Source: a virus
Lineage: Duplodnaviria; Caudoviricetes
Length of the DNA: 64,000 nt
Direction: 5' to 3' (one strand)
Virus record (IMG/VR): IMGVR_UViG_2811995254_000001
Location: 1 to 64,000 of that record
Shown here: positions 8,899 to 17,478 of the stretch, piece by piece
How positions within the stretch are numbered: the first letter of the stretch is position 1
Layout: the number at the start of each line of letters is the position of its first letter
The notes under the pieces: model-generated
The model's input: only the letters and a program-made list of their open reading frames with translations
What the model was told of the DNA's origin: nothing
Database searches by the model: none
Position numbers and translations under genes: made by a program

Positions 8899-9054
8899 AT
8901 GATAAACGAATTAATCAATGTAGCTGAACTAAGCAAGGTGTTATCAGGCAACAATCAATCGATAAGAAAAAAGAAAGTACCAACGAAGTACAATGCAGCA
9001 GTTCAGGAACTTAACGACCTTTTAGAGTACTGGAAGAAGCGCCACAATTTGTAA
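8899..9054 (+). CDS. Small putative DNA-binding protein (51 aa, not in ORF track)
   Basis: MINELINVAELSKVLSGNNQSIRKKKVP..., HTH-like pattern. Confidence 0.55.
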   Translation: MINELINVAELSKVLSGNNQSIRKKKVPTKYNAAVQELNDLLEYWKKRHNL

Positions 9055-9582
9055 TGCGTTGTGCAATGGTCGTGCAGAATTCACACACACAAACCTCAAC
9101 GCGTTGTTTTACAACGTATTACACTAAATAGTTCGAATCATACTAAGATTACACTTTCCTTTTGAAGTAGTTTACTTCCTAGAAAATCAATAAAGCCAAA
9201 AGACTAATACTGAAATTAGTTGCTGATTAAAATCAGTTATGAATGCCTGGATATAAAAAGCTAAAATGTTTTTGAACTGAAAAGCAAATCGACCCCCAAT
9301 ACCCTTTTGAATCGCGTTTTCCTTTTGCGGTCCGTTCGCTCAGAAACATGTATATCATCCCAAACACTCTATCATATCTCACTTTTATCATTTAATACCC
9401 TTTTCCTTGCTTCTAAAAGACTTTTTTCTTTTTAAAAGCCCAATTATCATTTAATCTATTTCAAAGGCTTAAAACAAGCTTATTTACAATTACCCAAACG
9501 AAGATATATCCGCTTTTTATTCTAGCTAAAAACTAACTAAAATATTTTATATAAATTACATACAATTGTATTTAAAATTTTA

Positions 9583-9590
9583 TATATTTG
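9583..9590 (+). promoter_or_regulatory. Bacteroidetes -7 promoter element
   Basis: TATATTTG just upstream of ORF 9604. Confidence 0.6.
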
Positions 9591-9603
9591 TCATGTATCA
9601 AAA

Positions 9604-9918
9604 ATGAAGAATATGAACAAGGCAATCTTTATTTCGGTAATTGAATCGATCAAAGAGCAAACGACAAGGGATTATGAAATCTCAAACAGTTTAGCGCAGG
9701 TGTATAGAACACAAGTTCCTGTTTATGACAATTCATTTTTGTTGAAAGCAATTAAGGATATAATGCTTTTTCATTTCAATAATCAGGCAGAAGCTTTGAG
9801 TGAAATTGATCACTATTGTTTCTTCTGCAATTTTGGGCGAATTGAAAAAGACGGAGATGTGTTAATTGAAACTGCTTCTGAATTATATGACCGATTGGCT
9901 TTGGAATTTTTAAAATAG
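9604..9918 (+). CDS. Hypothetical phage protein
   Basis: ORF with promoter and A-rich initiation region. Confidence 0.75.
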   Translation: MKNMNKAIFISVIESIKEQTTRDYEISNSLAQVYRTQVPVYDNSFLLKAIKDIMLFHFNNQAEALSEIDHYCFFCNFGRIEKDGDVLIETASELYDRLALEFLK

Positions 9919-9956
9919 ATCATTGACATTTTTGGCATTTGTGTATAGAAAATATA

Positions 9957-10084
9957 TAAACCATTCGCTGCGAACTTGATTCGCTGAGGGAATGACAACC
10001 CAACGTGGCGTAATAATAGCATACGCGTAGGCGGTTTGAACGGGCTTTTTGACGTCTTTATTGCACGGCTGGCGGGTGGTTTTA
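9957..10084 (+). ncRNA. Candidate structured ncRNA A
   Basis: Ends pair (AAACCATTCGC / GCGGGTGGTTT, G-U on + strand); three internal hairpins. Confidence 0.5.
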
Positions 10085-10089
10085 TTTAA

Positions 10090-10160
10090 GCGCATGTGGT
10101 GTAGCGGTAGCACAACAGTCTCCAAAACTGTTTGCAGAGGTTCGAATCCTTTCTTGCGTG
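10090..10160 (+). tRNA. tRNA-Trp (CCA)
   Basis: ACAGT-CTCCAAA-ACTGT anticodon arm; GGTTCGAATCC T arm; acceptor GCGCATG/CTTGCGT with one mismatch. Confidence 0.85.
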
Positions 10161-10166
10161 CAAACT

Positions 10167-10478
10167 ATGAAACGTTTGTTTGTGCTTTTTACAATGCTGT
10201 TTTGTTTCAGTATTGCGGGAATCTGTAAAACTACAATAGACCTGAGCGAAAATTCAAAACAGAAAACAGAGGTTGCTTCTTTTTCTGATGTAGTAAAAGT
10301 TGATGCGGTTTTCGCTTCAGTTGATTTAAAAGCTGATGTAGGTAGTCAGTATGTTTTTTCGGTCCCCAGTGTATTGACTGATAAAAAACATATTTCTACT
10401 TATATTATTTCGCTAAATTTGGAACCGCTGCAATCTGAGGTTATTATTTGCATTCGGGATAAAATTAGGATTACCTAG
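10167..10478 (+). CDS. Putative secreted protein
   Basis: MKRLFVLFTMLFCFSIAG signal-like N-terminus. Confidence 0.6.
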   Translation: MKRLFVLFTMLFCFSIAGICKTTIDLSENSKQKTEVASFSDVVKVDAVFASVDLKADVGSQYVFSVPSVLTDKKHISTYIISLNLEPLQSEVIICIRDKIRIT

Positions 10479-10601
10479 CTTTTATAATAAACAACAAACC
10501 ATTTTAAAAAAGCCTTTCTAATCATTAAGTATTTATATGCTTTATTGACGTTCTATGGAAAGGCTTTTTTTTCTTAAACAAACACTTCATTTTTACTTTT
10601 T

Positions 10602-10675
10602 AGTCTATTAGCTCAGTTGGCTAGAGTGCTTGCTTGTCACGCAAGAGGTCGCGAGTTCGAATCTCGTATAGACTG
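10602..10675 (+). tRNA. tRNA-Asp (GTC)
   Basis: Acceptor AGTCTAT/ATAGACT; CTTGC-TTGTCAC-GCAAG; GTTCGAATC T loop. Confidence 0.92.
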
Positions 10676-10736
10676 CAATTCATATTTTATGGTTTTTGGT
10701 TAATAACCAGTTTGTTACTTCTGTAAAAAGTAATGG

Positions 10737-10871
10737 TAAGTAGTGGCGGAATTGGTAAGACGCTAATTGAATAAGTATTTAGGAGACATAGAAGTGGAAT
10801 TCTATGCCGCCTGTCAGATAATTTCAGAAAGATATTCAATACCATTTCAGGTTCGAGTCCTGACTACTTAA
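10737..10871 (+). ncRNA. tRNA-like RNA with a 59-nt insert replacing the anticodon loop
   Basis: Acceptor TAAGTAG/CTACTTA; Leu-like D arm GGCGGAATTGGTAAGACGC; T arm TCAGG-TTCGAGT-CCTGA; ATTGAATA/TATTCAAT stem. Confidence 0.75.
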
Positions 10872-10889
10872 CAATATTCTTTTTTTCAT

Positions 10890-11069
10890 AAAAACACTTC
10901 AACGCTGAGCCAAGTCAGCAAGTATCTGCAAAGGGTTTAAGGAAACATCCCCACCATAGTACTAAATATTCAAGCAGGCGATATTTGAGAATTCAGATCG
11001 TGTAACGTTACATATAGTGAGTGTATACGTAGCTATATTTTATAAAAAACTGAATGTTGAAGTGTTTTT
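10890..11069 (+). ncRNA. Candidate structured ncRNA B
   Basis: Perfect 14-bp closing stem AAAAACACTTCAAC/GTTGAAGTGTTTTT enclosing several hairpins. Confidence 0.5.
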
Positions 11070-11083
11070 TAAATCAATGTATC

Positions 11084-11266
11084 ATGGCGAAACAGACAAA
11101 AACAACATTGCTTCCTGATAACACAGTTGTCGAGGTTGTGATGAGAAAAACTATGACACTTGCCGAATATGAAAAAATGATGCCAATTAGTAAAAGTAAA
11201 GGTTGGAGTGTACAAGCTTATCAAGAAGGTGCGTATTCCGATGGATTAGGTAAAAAGGTTGAGTAG
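11084..11266 (+). CDS. Hypothetical protein
   Basis: ORF; ATG start MAKQTK preferred. Confidence 0.6.
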   Translation: MAKQTKTTLLPDNTVVEVVMRKTMTLAEYEKMMPISKSKGWSVQAYQEGAYSDGLGKKVE

Positions 11267-11586
11267 TGATAAAAGTAAATATCAAACCGCTTTCAGTAAA
11301 TGAAGTTTGGCAAGGTCGCAGGTTTAAAACTCCAGCGTATCAATCTTACGAAAAAGCAGTTTTACTAATGCTGCCAAAGCGAATTGAAATCCCTCCCCCT
11401 CCTTTTTCAATCACTTTTGAATTTGGAGTTTCCAGTAAACTTTCGGATTGGGATAATCCTATAAAGCCTTTTCAAGATATACTATGCAAGAAGTATGGTA
11501 TTGACGATAGGGATATTTACAAAGGAACTGTTTCAAAGGTCCTTGTAAAGAAAGGCGAAGAGTATATAAAATTTAAAATTGAGTAG
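11266..11586 (+). CDS. RusA-like Holliday junction resolvase
   Basis: KPLSVN...SDWDNPIKPFQDIL...IDDRDI acidic motifs. Confidence 0.85.
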   Translation: MIKVNIKPLSVNEVWQGRRFKTPAYQSYEKAVLLMLPKRIEIPPPPFSITFEFGVSSKLSDWDNPIKPFQDILCKKYGIDDRDIYKGTVSKVLVKKGEEYIKFKIE

Positions 11587-11588
11587 GT

Positions 11589-12287
11589 ATGCGTGTACTA
11601 GGTAGTGATTCAAGTGTAGCTTTTTCATTGAATTATATTAGATGTGCTTGTGATATAGTTATGAGTCCTATTAATTATTTTCAATTAATTAAAAACGGTT
11701 TTAGACCAAAGGAATTCATATACAACAATAAAGTAAAAATTTTAATTGAATTAAGTCAAATGGATGATGTTGACAATATTAGTTCTAATATAGAAGATAA
11801 GCAAAATGTAACAAATATTTGGTTTCATTTTGATAATGAATCGAAATTTGACGATTTAGTAAAATTTACAGATGGAGCTGTATTCAAGGATTCTATTGGA
11901 TACTGCCTTAGATATGGAAATAAGATTGGATATTTTAATATTGGTGATTATATAGGAAAAAGAGAAGATGGATCTCTACTTGTTCTATGTGCTCAGTTTA
12001 GATCAAATATAAATGAAGTAGGCATTTTTCCCATTATGCACGTACAAATTCCTGAAATTAAATGTCACTCTTTTATAAAAGAACATTGGATAAATAAATT
12101 TGATTATTTCCCTGATCTTTTAAACAAACCAAAACGAATCCGCACTCAAGATGAATTAGACAACGAACGTTTAACTGAAATTGTTGACGCGATTGTACGT
12201 TATAGAAAATCAGAAATGGCTGTTCCTACTGAATGGATTCAAGAATACAATACGATAATTGAAAGAATTAAAAATAACACTAAATAA
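11589..12287 (+). CDS. Hypothetical phage protein
   Basis: 232-aa ORF in operon. Confidence 0.7.
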   Translation: MRVLGSDSSVAFSLNYIRCACDIVMSPINYFQLIKNGFRPKEFIYNNKVKILIELSQMDDVDNISSNIEDKQNVTNIWFHFDNESKFDDLVKFTDGAVFKDSIGYCLRYGNKIGYFNIGDYIGKREDGSLLVLCAQFRSNINEVGIFPIMHVQIPEIKCHSFIKEHWINKFDYFPDLLNKPKRIRTQDELDNERLTEIVDAIVRYRKSEMAVPTEWIQEYNTIIERIKNNTK

Positions 12288-12294
12288 AATTGCT

Positions 12295-12708
12295 ATGTCA
12301 GATTTTAAAACACGTTTAGAAAACGAAGTAAAAGAAGAAACAGAAAAGTTAGGTAAATTAAAAGCGTTTCTTGAAAGCGAAAAAGTAAAAGAATTGGATA
12401 ATGAAATGCAATGCTTGATGTGTGAACAGTATCATTATCAAAAAGGATATGTGAAGGTAATTAAGAAGCGATTAGATATCCTCGAAGACAAGGCTCAATC
12501 AGGTACCGAAACTCTTGGTATGAAACGTGTAGGATTGAAATTTAATCCTTCTGGACATGTAAATGTTCATGTTGCAAAAACCATTCAAGCCGATTTTATT
12601 GATTTTGCAGAGTTTTTAAAATCACATGGTGTCGATCAAAGATGTGCTTCTATTGCGCAAACTGAAGCAGAAACAGCAGCAATGTATTTAGTAAAATCCA
12701 ATTTCTAG
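12295..12708 (+). CDS. crAss001_48-like domain fused to an Acb2/Tad1-like helical-hairpin domain
   Basis: N-half FKTRLENE...KLKAFL...Q...Y..V.KKRL; C-half RVGLKFNPSG...R.ASIAQTEAETAAMYLVKS. Confidence 0.6.
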   Translation: MSDFKTRLENEVKEETEKLGKLKAFLESEKVKELDNEMQCLMCEQYHYQKGYVKVIKKRLDILEDKAQSGTETLGMKRVGLKFNPSGHVNVHVAKTIQADFIDFAEFLKSHGVDQRCASIAQTEAETAAMYLVKSNF

Positions 12709-12861
12709 CTATGAAAAAGGGAATCGATGAATTAAGTGATAATTTGATTTTTGAAGATGTAATAATCGGATTGAAAGACTACGATGGTATTTAACCTGTA
12801 ATATTAGTTGTGTTGTTAAAGGCTGGTTTCTCGTAAGCCAGCTTTTTTATTTTGAAATGTT

Positions 12862-13059
12862 ATGAACGAGAAAGATTTAAAGAAAATAGAAAAACACTTT
12901 GCCAAGGCCAAAGCAATTCACTGTTTGAAGCTAAACAAAGAAGTAAACGTAAGCAACGTTCCTCGATTGCAGTATAATCCGGATGAAGATACAGTAACAA
13001 GTCCTTCCGGTATTATTTGCTTTTGGAAACAGGGCGAGTTTGCGAGAATCATTAAGTAA
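12862..13059 (+). CDS. Hypothetical protein
   Basis: ORF. Confidence 0.65.
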   Translation: MNEKDLKKIEKHFAKAKAIHCLKLNKEVNVSNVPRLQYNPDEDTVTSPSGIICFWKQGEFARIIK

Positions 13060-13079
13060 CCTATTAAATTTAATAAAGC

Positions 13080-13334
13080 ATGCAGTTATTAGGACATAGA
13101 ATTTTATGCACTCGCATAGTTGAAGAAAAACAAACCACAAGCGGTTTAATCTTACCCACAAACTACCAAAGTGAAGATGAATACAAGGTGGTTGATATAG
13201 GGGTAAAAGTGAAACACATCAAACCAGGTGATCGCGTTAGGAAGTTTAAATATTCGGATGGATTACAAGTTGTAGATGATGGAGTCGAATATCTTGTCTT
13301 GAGTGAAAAGGATGATGTTGAGTTGATTGTATAA
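13080..13334 (+). CDS. groES: GroES-like co-chaperonin
   Basis: LGHRIL...EEKQTTSGLILP...KVVDIG...IKPGDRV...GVEYLVLSEKD. Confidence 0.9.
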   Translation: MQLLGHRILCTRIVEEKQTTSGLILPTNYQSEDEYKVVDIGVKVKHIKPGDRVRKFKYSDGLQVVDDGVEYLVLSEKDDVELIV

Positions 13335-13670
13335 CAAAAAAAAAGGCCCCTAACCGGTTAGCCTTTTTGTAAAATAAAATTCAATTATGCGATATAAAGA
13401 AGCCCTTTATCCGCATGGTAGCATACTGCGACAAATCCGTTTCTACCATTTCCCCCAATTTTGTAATAATACCTGTCTGGGGATCCAGCTCTTCCTACCC
13501 ATTCTCTGAACAAGGAAGAAAAAAAACTTTTTAAAACTGAGAAGAATAAACTTCTTGAAATTTTTAAAGTCATAATATGAATGTGTCCTTGGATTAATAT
13601 TCCAACGTTATTGTTAGAACCTGACAAGGTACAGAATTGCATTAAATATACGACTTTTGTTTTTGTAATA

Positions 13671-14324
13671 CTAATTTTCTTCATTTATTAATTTCAGGTA
13701 GTCTTGTTCTGTATGTATTATACCTGGAGATATACCTACCTTACCATCGTAATTTTCACTAAACACTTTTAAAAATTGATAATATTTTATACCATGATTT
13801 GTGATATATGTTATTTTAAATTCATAATAAAGAGGAATATTGTCTTCTTTTAGTGGATTAAAGCTATACCCAAATATGTATTTACCGTTGTTTAATGCTA
13901 AATTTTCTTTCATTACGCCCACACCACAATTTGCATTATCGACTGAAAAGGATTTCATATTACTGTTAGTATTTGTATTGTAAATAATAATTTTGTATTT
14001 ATACCCCAATTCTCCAGATGTTATATACATATCTATTATTGGCAACATTAATAATTCAACTTTATTTCTGTCATTTAAAGATATTTCTTTTAGATATTCA
14101 GCAATATTTTTAAGTTCAGATATTTCATTTTGTTGATTAGTAACCATTGTAATTAAACTTTCAGAAGCCGAAACAAGGCTGTTTATTTGTTTCTGTTTAT
14201 CTTTATCTTTTTTGAATAATAGTATAAATGCTATTATAGCGCCAGGAATTGAAATTACAGCAGCTATCCCTTGTAACATATCTGTCCAAGAAGGATTACC
14301 TATATTTAAAAAATTTTCAAGCAT
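13671..14324 (-). CDS. Moron: N-terminal TM plus coiled-coil protein
   Basis: TM helix, AT-rich, opposite orientation to flanking operon. Confidence 0.75.
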   Translation of the reverse strand: MLENFLNIGNPSWTDMLQGIAAVISIPGAIIAFILLFKKDKDKQKQINSLVSASESLITMVTNQQNEISELKNIAEYLKEISLNDRNKVELLMLPIIDMYITSGELGYKYKIIIYNTNTNSNMKSFSVDNANCGVGVMKENLALNNGKYIFGYSFNPLKEDNIPLYYEFKITYITNHGIKYYQFLKVFSENYDGKVGISPGIIHTEQDYLKLINEEN

Positions 14325-14496
14325 ATTGTGTTGTCAATATTGTGTAAATATATCACTTGTATTTAAAAGTACTAAATAAAAAATTTAATGATCCTTTATT
14401 TTTTGTTTGTGTTAATTAAGTTAAAATAAATTATATTTGCTTTATTACGAAACGACAATATCCCTAGCTATTTTATTAAACTACTCCGTAAATTAA

Positions 14497-15144
14497 ATGG
14501 AAATATCAGAATTAACATTAAAGCTAATAATACTTTTAACACCTGGTATTTTAGCAACTACCATATATAAGCGGCTGACAATTAGACATAAAGAACAATC
14601 AGATTTTATGTTTGTTGTTATCTCAATCATGTTTGGTATGTTCTCTTATTTAATTCTTCAAATTTTTAATTATTTGATCTCTTCGATAAATAATTTTTGT
14701 TCCAAAAGTTTGGTAAAGTTTGAAACTATTAAAACTTTCTCCGATTTATCAAATGGAAACTCAATTCCATATTCAGAAGTAATTTTGGCATGTGTTATAA
14801 GTATAATTTTAGGATTCTCAATTTCAAAGCTTGATCACTCGAAATTAATTAATACTTTAGCTAGAAAATGGAAAATTTCAAACAAATATGGTGATGAGAA
14901 CTTATATTCATATTTCTTAAATTCTCCCGATATTAATTGGGTTTATGTTAGAGTAATTGAAAATTCAATAACTTATCTTGGTTGTGTTGAATCATTTTCT
15001 GAAACTCCAGATAATAAAGAAATTGTATTAGGTCAAGTAACAGTTTATACTTATCCTGACAGTAAAAAAATGTATGAAATAGATCGTATATACCTTGTGT
15101 TTCCTAAAGATAAAGTAATTATTGAACAAGCAAACCTTAAATAA
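14497..15144 (+). CDS. Moron: multi-TM membrane protein (DUF6338-like)
   Basis: LLTPGILA...three TM helices...YLGCVESFSE; TATATTTG upstream. Confidence 0.7.
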   Translation: MEISELTLKLIILLTPGILATTIYKRLTIRHKEQSDFMFVVISIMFGMFSYLILQIFNYLISSINNFCSKSLVKFETIKTFSDLSNGNSIPYSEVILACVISIILGFSISKLDHSKLINTLARKWKISNKYGDENLYSYFLNSPDINWVYVRVIENSITYLGCVESFSETPDNKEIVLGQVTVYTYPDSKKMYEIDRIYLVFPKDKVIIEQANLK

Positions 15145-15145
15145 A

Positions 15146-15280
15146 ATGGCAAATAAAAGACCAGATTCGAGAAAACCTTTAACAGAAGGAACTGTGAAGA
15201 ATAATCAAATTAAATCAGATCCTAAAATTGAGAAAAAAGCTATTTTAAAACCACCGGCAGCTAAACCTAAAAAAAAATAA
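15146..15280 (+). CDS. Small Lys/Pro-rich peptide (44 aa, not in ORF track)
   Basis: MANKRPDSRKPLTEG...KPPAAKPKKK, starting 1 nt after the upstream stop. Confidence 0.5.
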   Translation: MANKRPDSRKPLTEGTVKNNQIKSDPKIEKKAILKPPAAKPKKK

Positions 15281-15310
15281 ATTCTTGTGTTATTAACTAT
15301 AGTATAAACA

Positions 15311-15889
15311 TTACCTCACACGAGCCCAAAGCACTTTCACTGTTTTGGGCTTTTCTTTTTTATTGAGTTTCTCAATGATTTCTGATTTAATCAAATCGCT
15401 TTTAGAAGCTTCTTTTGAGTTGTAAAGTTCAATAGGTATATCTATCTCCCCAGCTAACATTTCGTGCATTTCTTGGCAAATCTGACGTGCTTTCACAGTC
15501 ATTGTATAAAGGTGCTCGTTTTTATTTTTGCCTTTAGCTGCACGCGAGACATATCCCATTCGGATTAAACTATCGATGTTCTTGTAGGTATATCGGATTT
15601 GGGCGATTTCTTTTAGATCGCCTGTCATGAAATAGTTTTTAGGAACCAAGTATAAAATGGTTTCGAGTAACGTAACGCTGATATCGTACTTTCGTTGTAA
15701 GGCATGACGCACATATCCAAAGTTCTCGAGTAGATCATAACCTTTGTAAATCCTCGCATACTGTAGCCTGGTATATACTTCCTTTTCTTGTCCTTTGTGA
15801 AAGGCTTCTACAATTTTTGTTTTATCATTCTCCATTCTTTTCTTAGCCAATGGAGGAAGTTTGAACATCAAATCTAATCGCTTGCTCAT
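15311..15889 (-). CDS. Phage protein with winged-helix-like region
   Basis: IDSLIRMGYVSR...LYTMTVKARQIC. Confidence 0.65.
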   Translation of the reverse strand: MSKRLDLMFKLPPLAKKRMENDKTKIVEAFHKGQEKEVYTRLQYARIYKGYDLLENFGYVRHALQRKYDISVTLLETILYLVPKNYFMTGDLKEIAQIRYTYKNIDSLIRMGYVSRAAKGKNKNEHLYTMTVKARQICQEMHEMLAGEIDIPIELYNSKEASKSDLIKSEIIEKLNKKEKPKTVKVLWARVR

Positions 15890-15892
15890 AGT

Positions 15893-16720
15893 TTAGAAAT
15901 GTCTAATTATTTCGTACAATTTTATATTCAATCGGTCTAGTTTGGCTTGGTGAAGTGTTGTTTTGTACCTCAACAAGGCGCGTTGTTTTTCATTGGCAGG
16001 AACATTTCTTCTTCTTTCAATACAGGCATAGTAAATCCAATTCTGAAGAGTCTCTTTTAAGTCCTTGTGAATGGTTATTTCTTCTTCGTTTAGTTCCGCT
16101 TGCAAACCGTCTGAGATATACTCGATAACTACTTCCTTGTCCATTAAATCGGAACTGAATAGTATCTTTCCTTTTCGTTCGTCGATTGCAAACTCACCGT
16201 ATTTTGAAACCTTACTTGTGTCTAAATATTTACCTTGACCACAACTACCCAAATCAGAAACTTTGTATCGCTTATACGGATGCGCATAGGCGTTAGAAGA
16301 ATCGGAAGTCAATATCATTCCGTTGTTATCAAACAACAAATCTCCTTTATGGTCTTGCAAATATCCGATTGCCGTATTTATGTTTCGGTTTTCATTTAGT
16401 GGTTGAAGCATAAATCCGTTTGTAATTGGATCTCGTGTAACTAAGGAGATACGAACCCAATTCACATAATCCTTTGGAACTACAACAACCAAGTTATCAG
16501 GTACGGTAATTTCAAAAGCAAGAATATCGTTAGCTGCTTCTTGATTTAGGTTTCTGATTCCCTCTTTCGCGTATTGAATAAATCTAAAACGCGGAGTGTT
16601 CTTTAAATAACTATCATCATCTAATGATTCCGTTACCATATCGTTGATAACTTTACTTAAAGGCACATACTGATATGCTCCATGGCCATCTTTATTGTCT
16701 ATGTATTCTAAATCTGTCAT
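15893..16720 (-). CDS. Head-tail ring/adaptor protein
   Basis: VPKDYVNWVRIS...EYISDG, crAss-like ring protein pattern; position. Confidence 0.7.
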   Translation of the reverse strand: MTDLEYIDNKDGHGAYQYVPLSKVINDMVTESLDDDSYLKNTPRFRFIQYAKEGIRNLNQEAANDILAFEITVPDNLVVVVPKDYVNWVRISLVTRDPITNGFMLQPLNENRNINTAIGYLQDHKGDLLFDNNGMILTSDSSNAYAHPYKRYKVSDLGSCGQGKYLDTSKVSKYGEFAIDERKGKILFSSDLMDKEVVIEYISDGLQAELNEEEITIHKDLKETLQNWIYYACIERRRNVPANEKQRALLRYKTTLHQAKLDRLNIKLYEIIRHF

Positions 16721-17409
16721 TAGCTTTGCATTTCTTGGTTGAACTCAATGTTTTGTTGTTGGGTCATTACTGCTTGTAGGTCTTGTTCTTTCAAGTTGAT
16801 TCCCACCTTTTGTAATGTTTTAATAATTACGTTAGACACCTCGCTTTGGTGGATATCCAAATCTTGAAAATCATTAGCATCTGGGTTAAATACTTCTGTG
16901 CCATTTACGACAAAATAAGTCCAATTAGGAACTTTCGGTTTTCTCAAATAACTTAGTACTGCTTCATTATAACCGTTTGGGTATACAACAATAGTGTTTG
17001 CATCAATTTTATACCCTATTGGGTATGTTTTGTTTGCTGTGTTTTTAACTACTTGGAACTCTCTAAGGCTTTTTAATAACTCCACCCCTACCTCGTCTAC
17101 AAATACATCATCAAGGTACCTAACATCGCTAGGAAGCGTTATTTTGCTATCTAACAAGCTTACTTCTTTTGATTGTAAGTAATGGTTTATTTTATCCCTA
17201 ATCAAATCAGGGATATTATCTAATCCATTTCCAACTAATCCTTTGTTTTGACGATTGAGCATTCGGTTTAGTTCATAGAAATAGGATTCGTATATTTCTT
17301 CAACTGTTGTGTTGATCAATAATCTAATATCTGATGGTTTTACATTACCACGGACTTCTGAATTCGCGATAGTTAAAACAGTTCGGTAAACTAAATCGAT
17401 TAAATACAT
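16720..17409 (-). CDS. Head-tail ring/tail tubular protein
   Basis: LPSDVRYL...YLRKPKVPNWTY; position. Confidence 0.7.
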   Translation of the reverse strand: MYLIDLVYRTVLTIANSEVRGNVKPSDIRLLINTTVEEIYESYFYELNRMLNRQNKGLVGNGLDNIPDLIRDKINHYLQSKEVSLLDSKITLPSDVRYLDDVFVDEVGVELLKSLREFQVVKNTANKTYPIGYKIDANTIVVYPNGYNEAVLSYLRKPKVPNWTYFVVNGTEVFNPDANDFQDLDIHQSEVSNVIIKTLQKVGINLKEQDLQAVMTQQQNIEFNQEMQS

Positions 17410-17478
17410 AATAAAAAAAATCTATCATCTTACTCAAAGATAATAGATTTTTACTATACTGTAGTTATTTAAAATAAA

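Noticed and set aside
9813-10125. Minus-strand ORFs 9813-10022 and 9910-10125
   Set aside because: They overlap tRNA-Trp, the RNA candidate and a + strand gene.
10774-10832. Group I intron in a tRNA-Leu
   Set aside because: 59 nt is too short and no catalytic core elements are visible.
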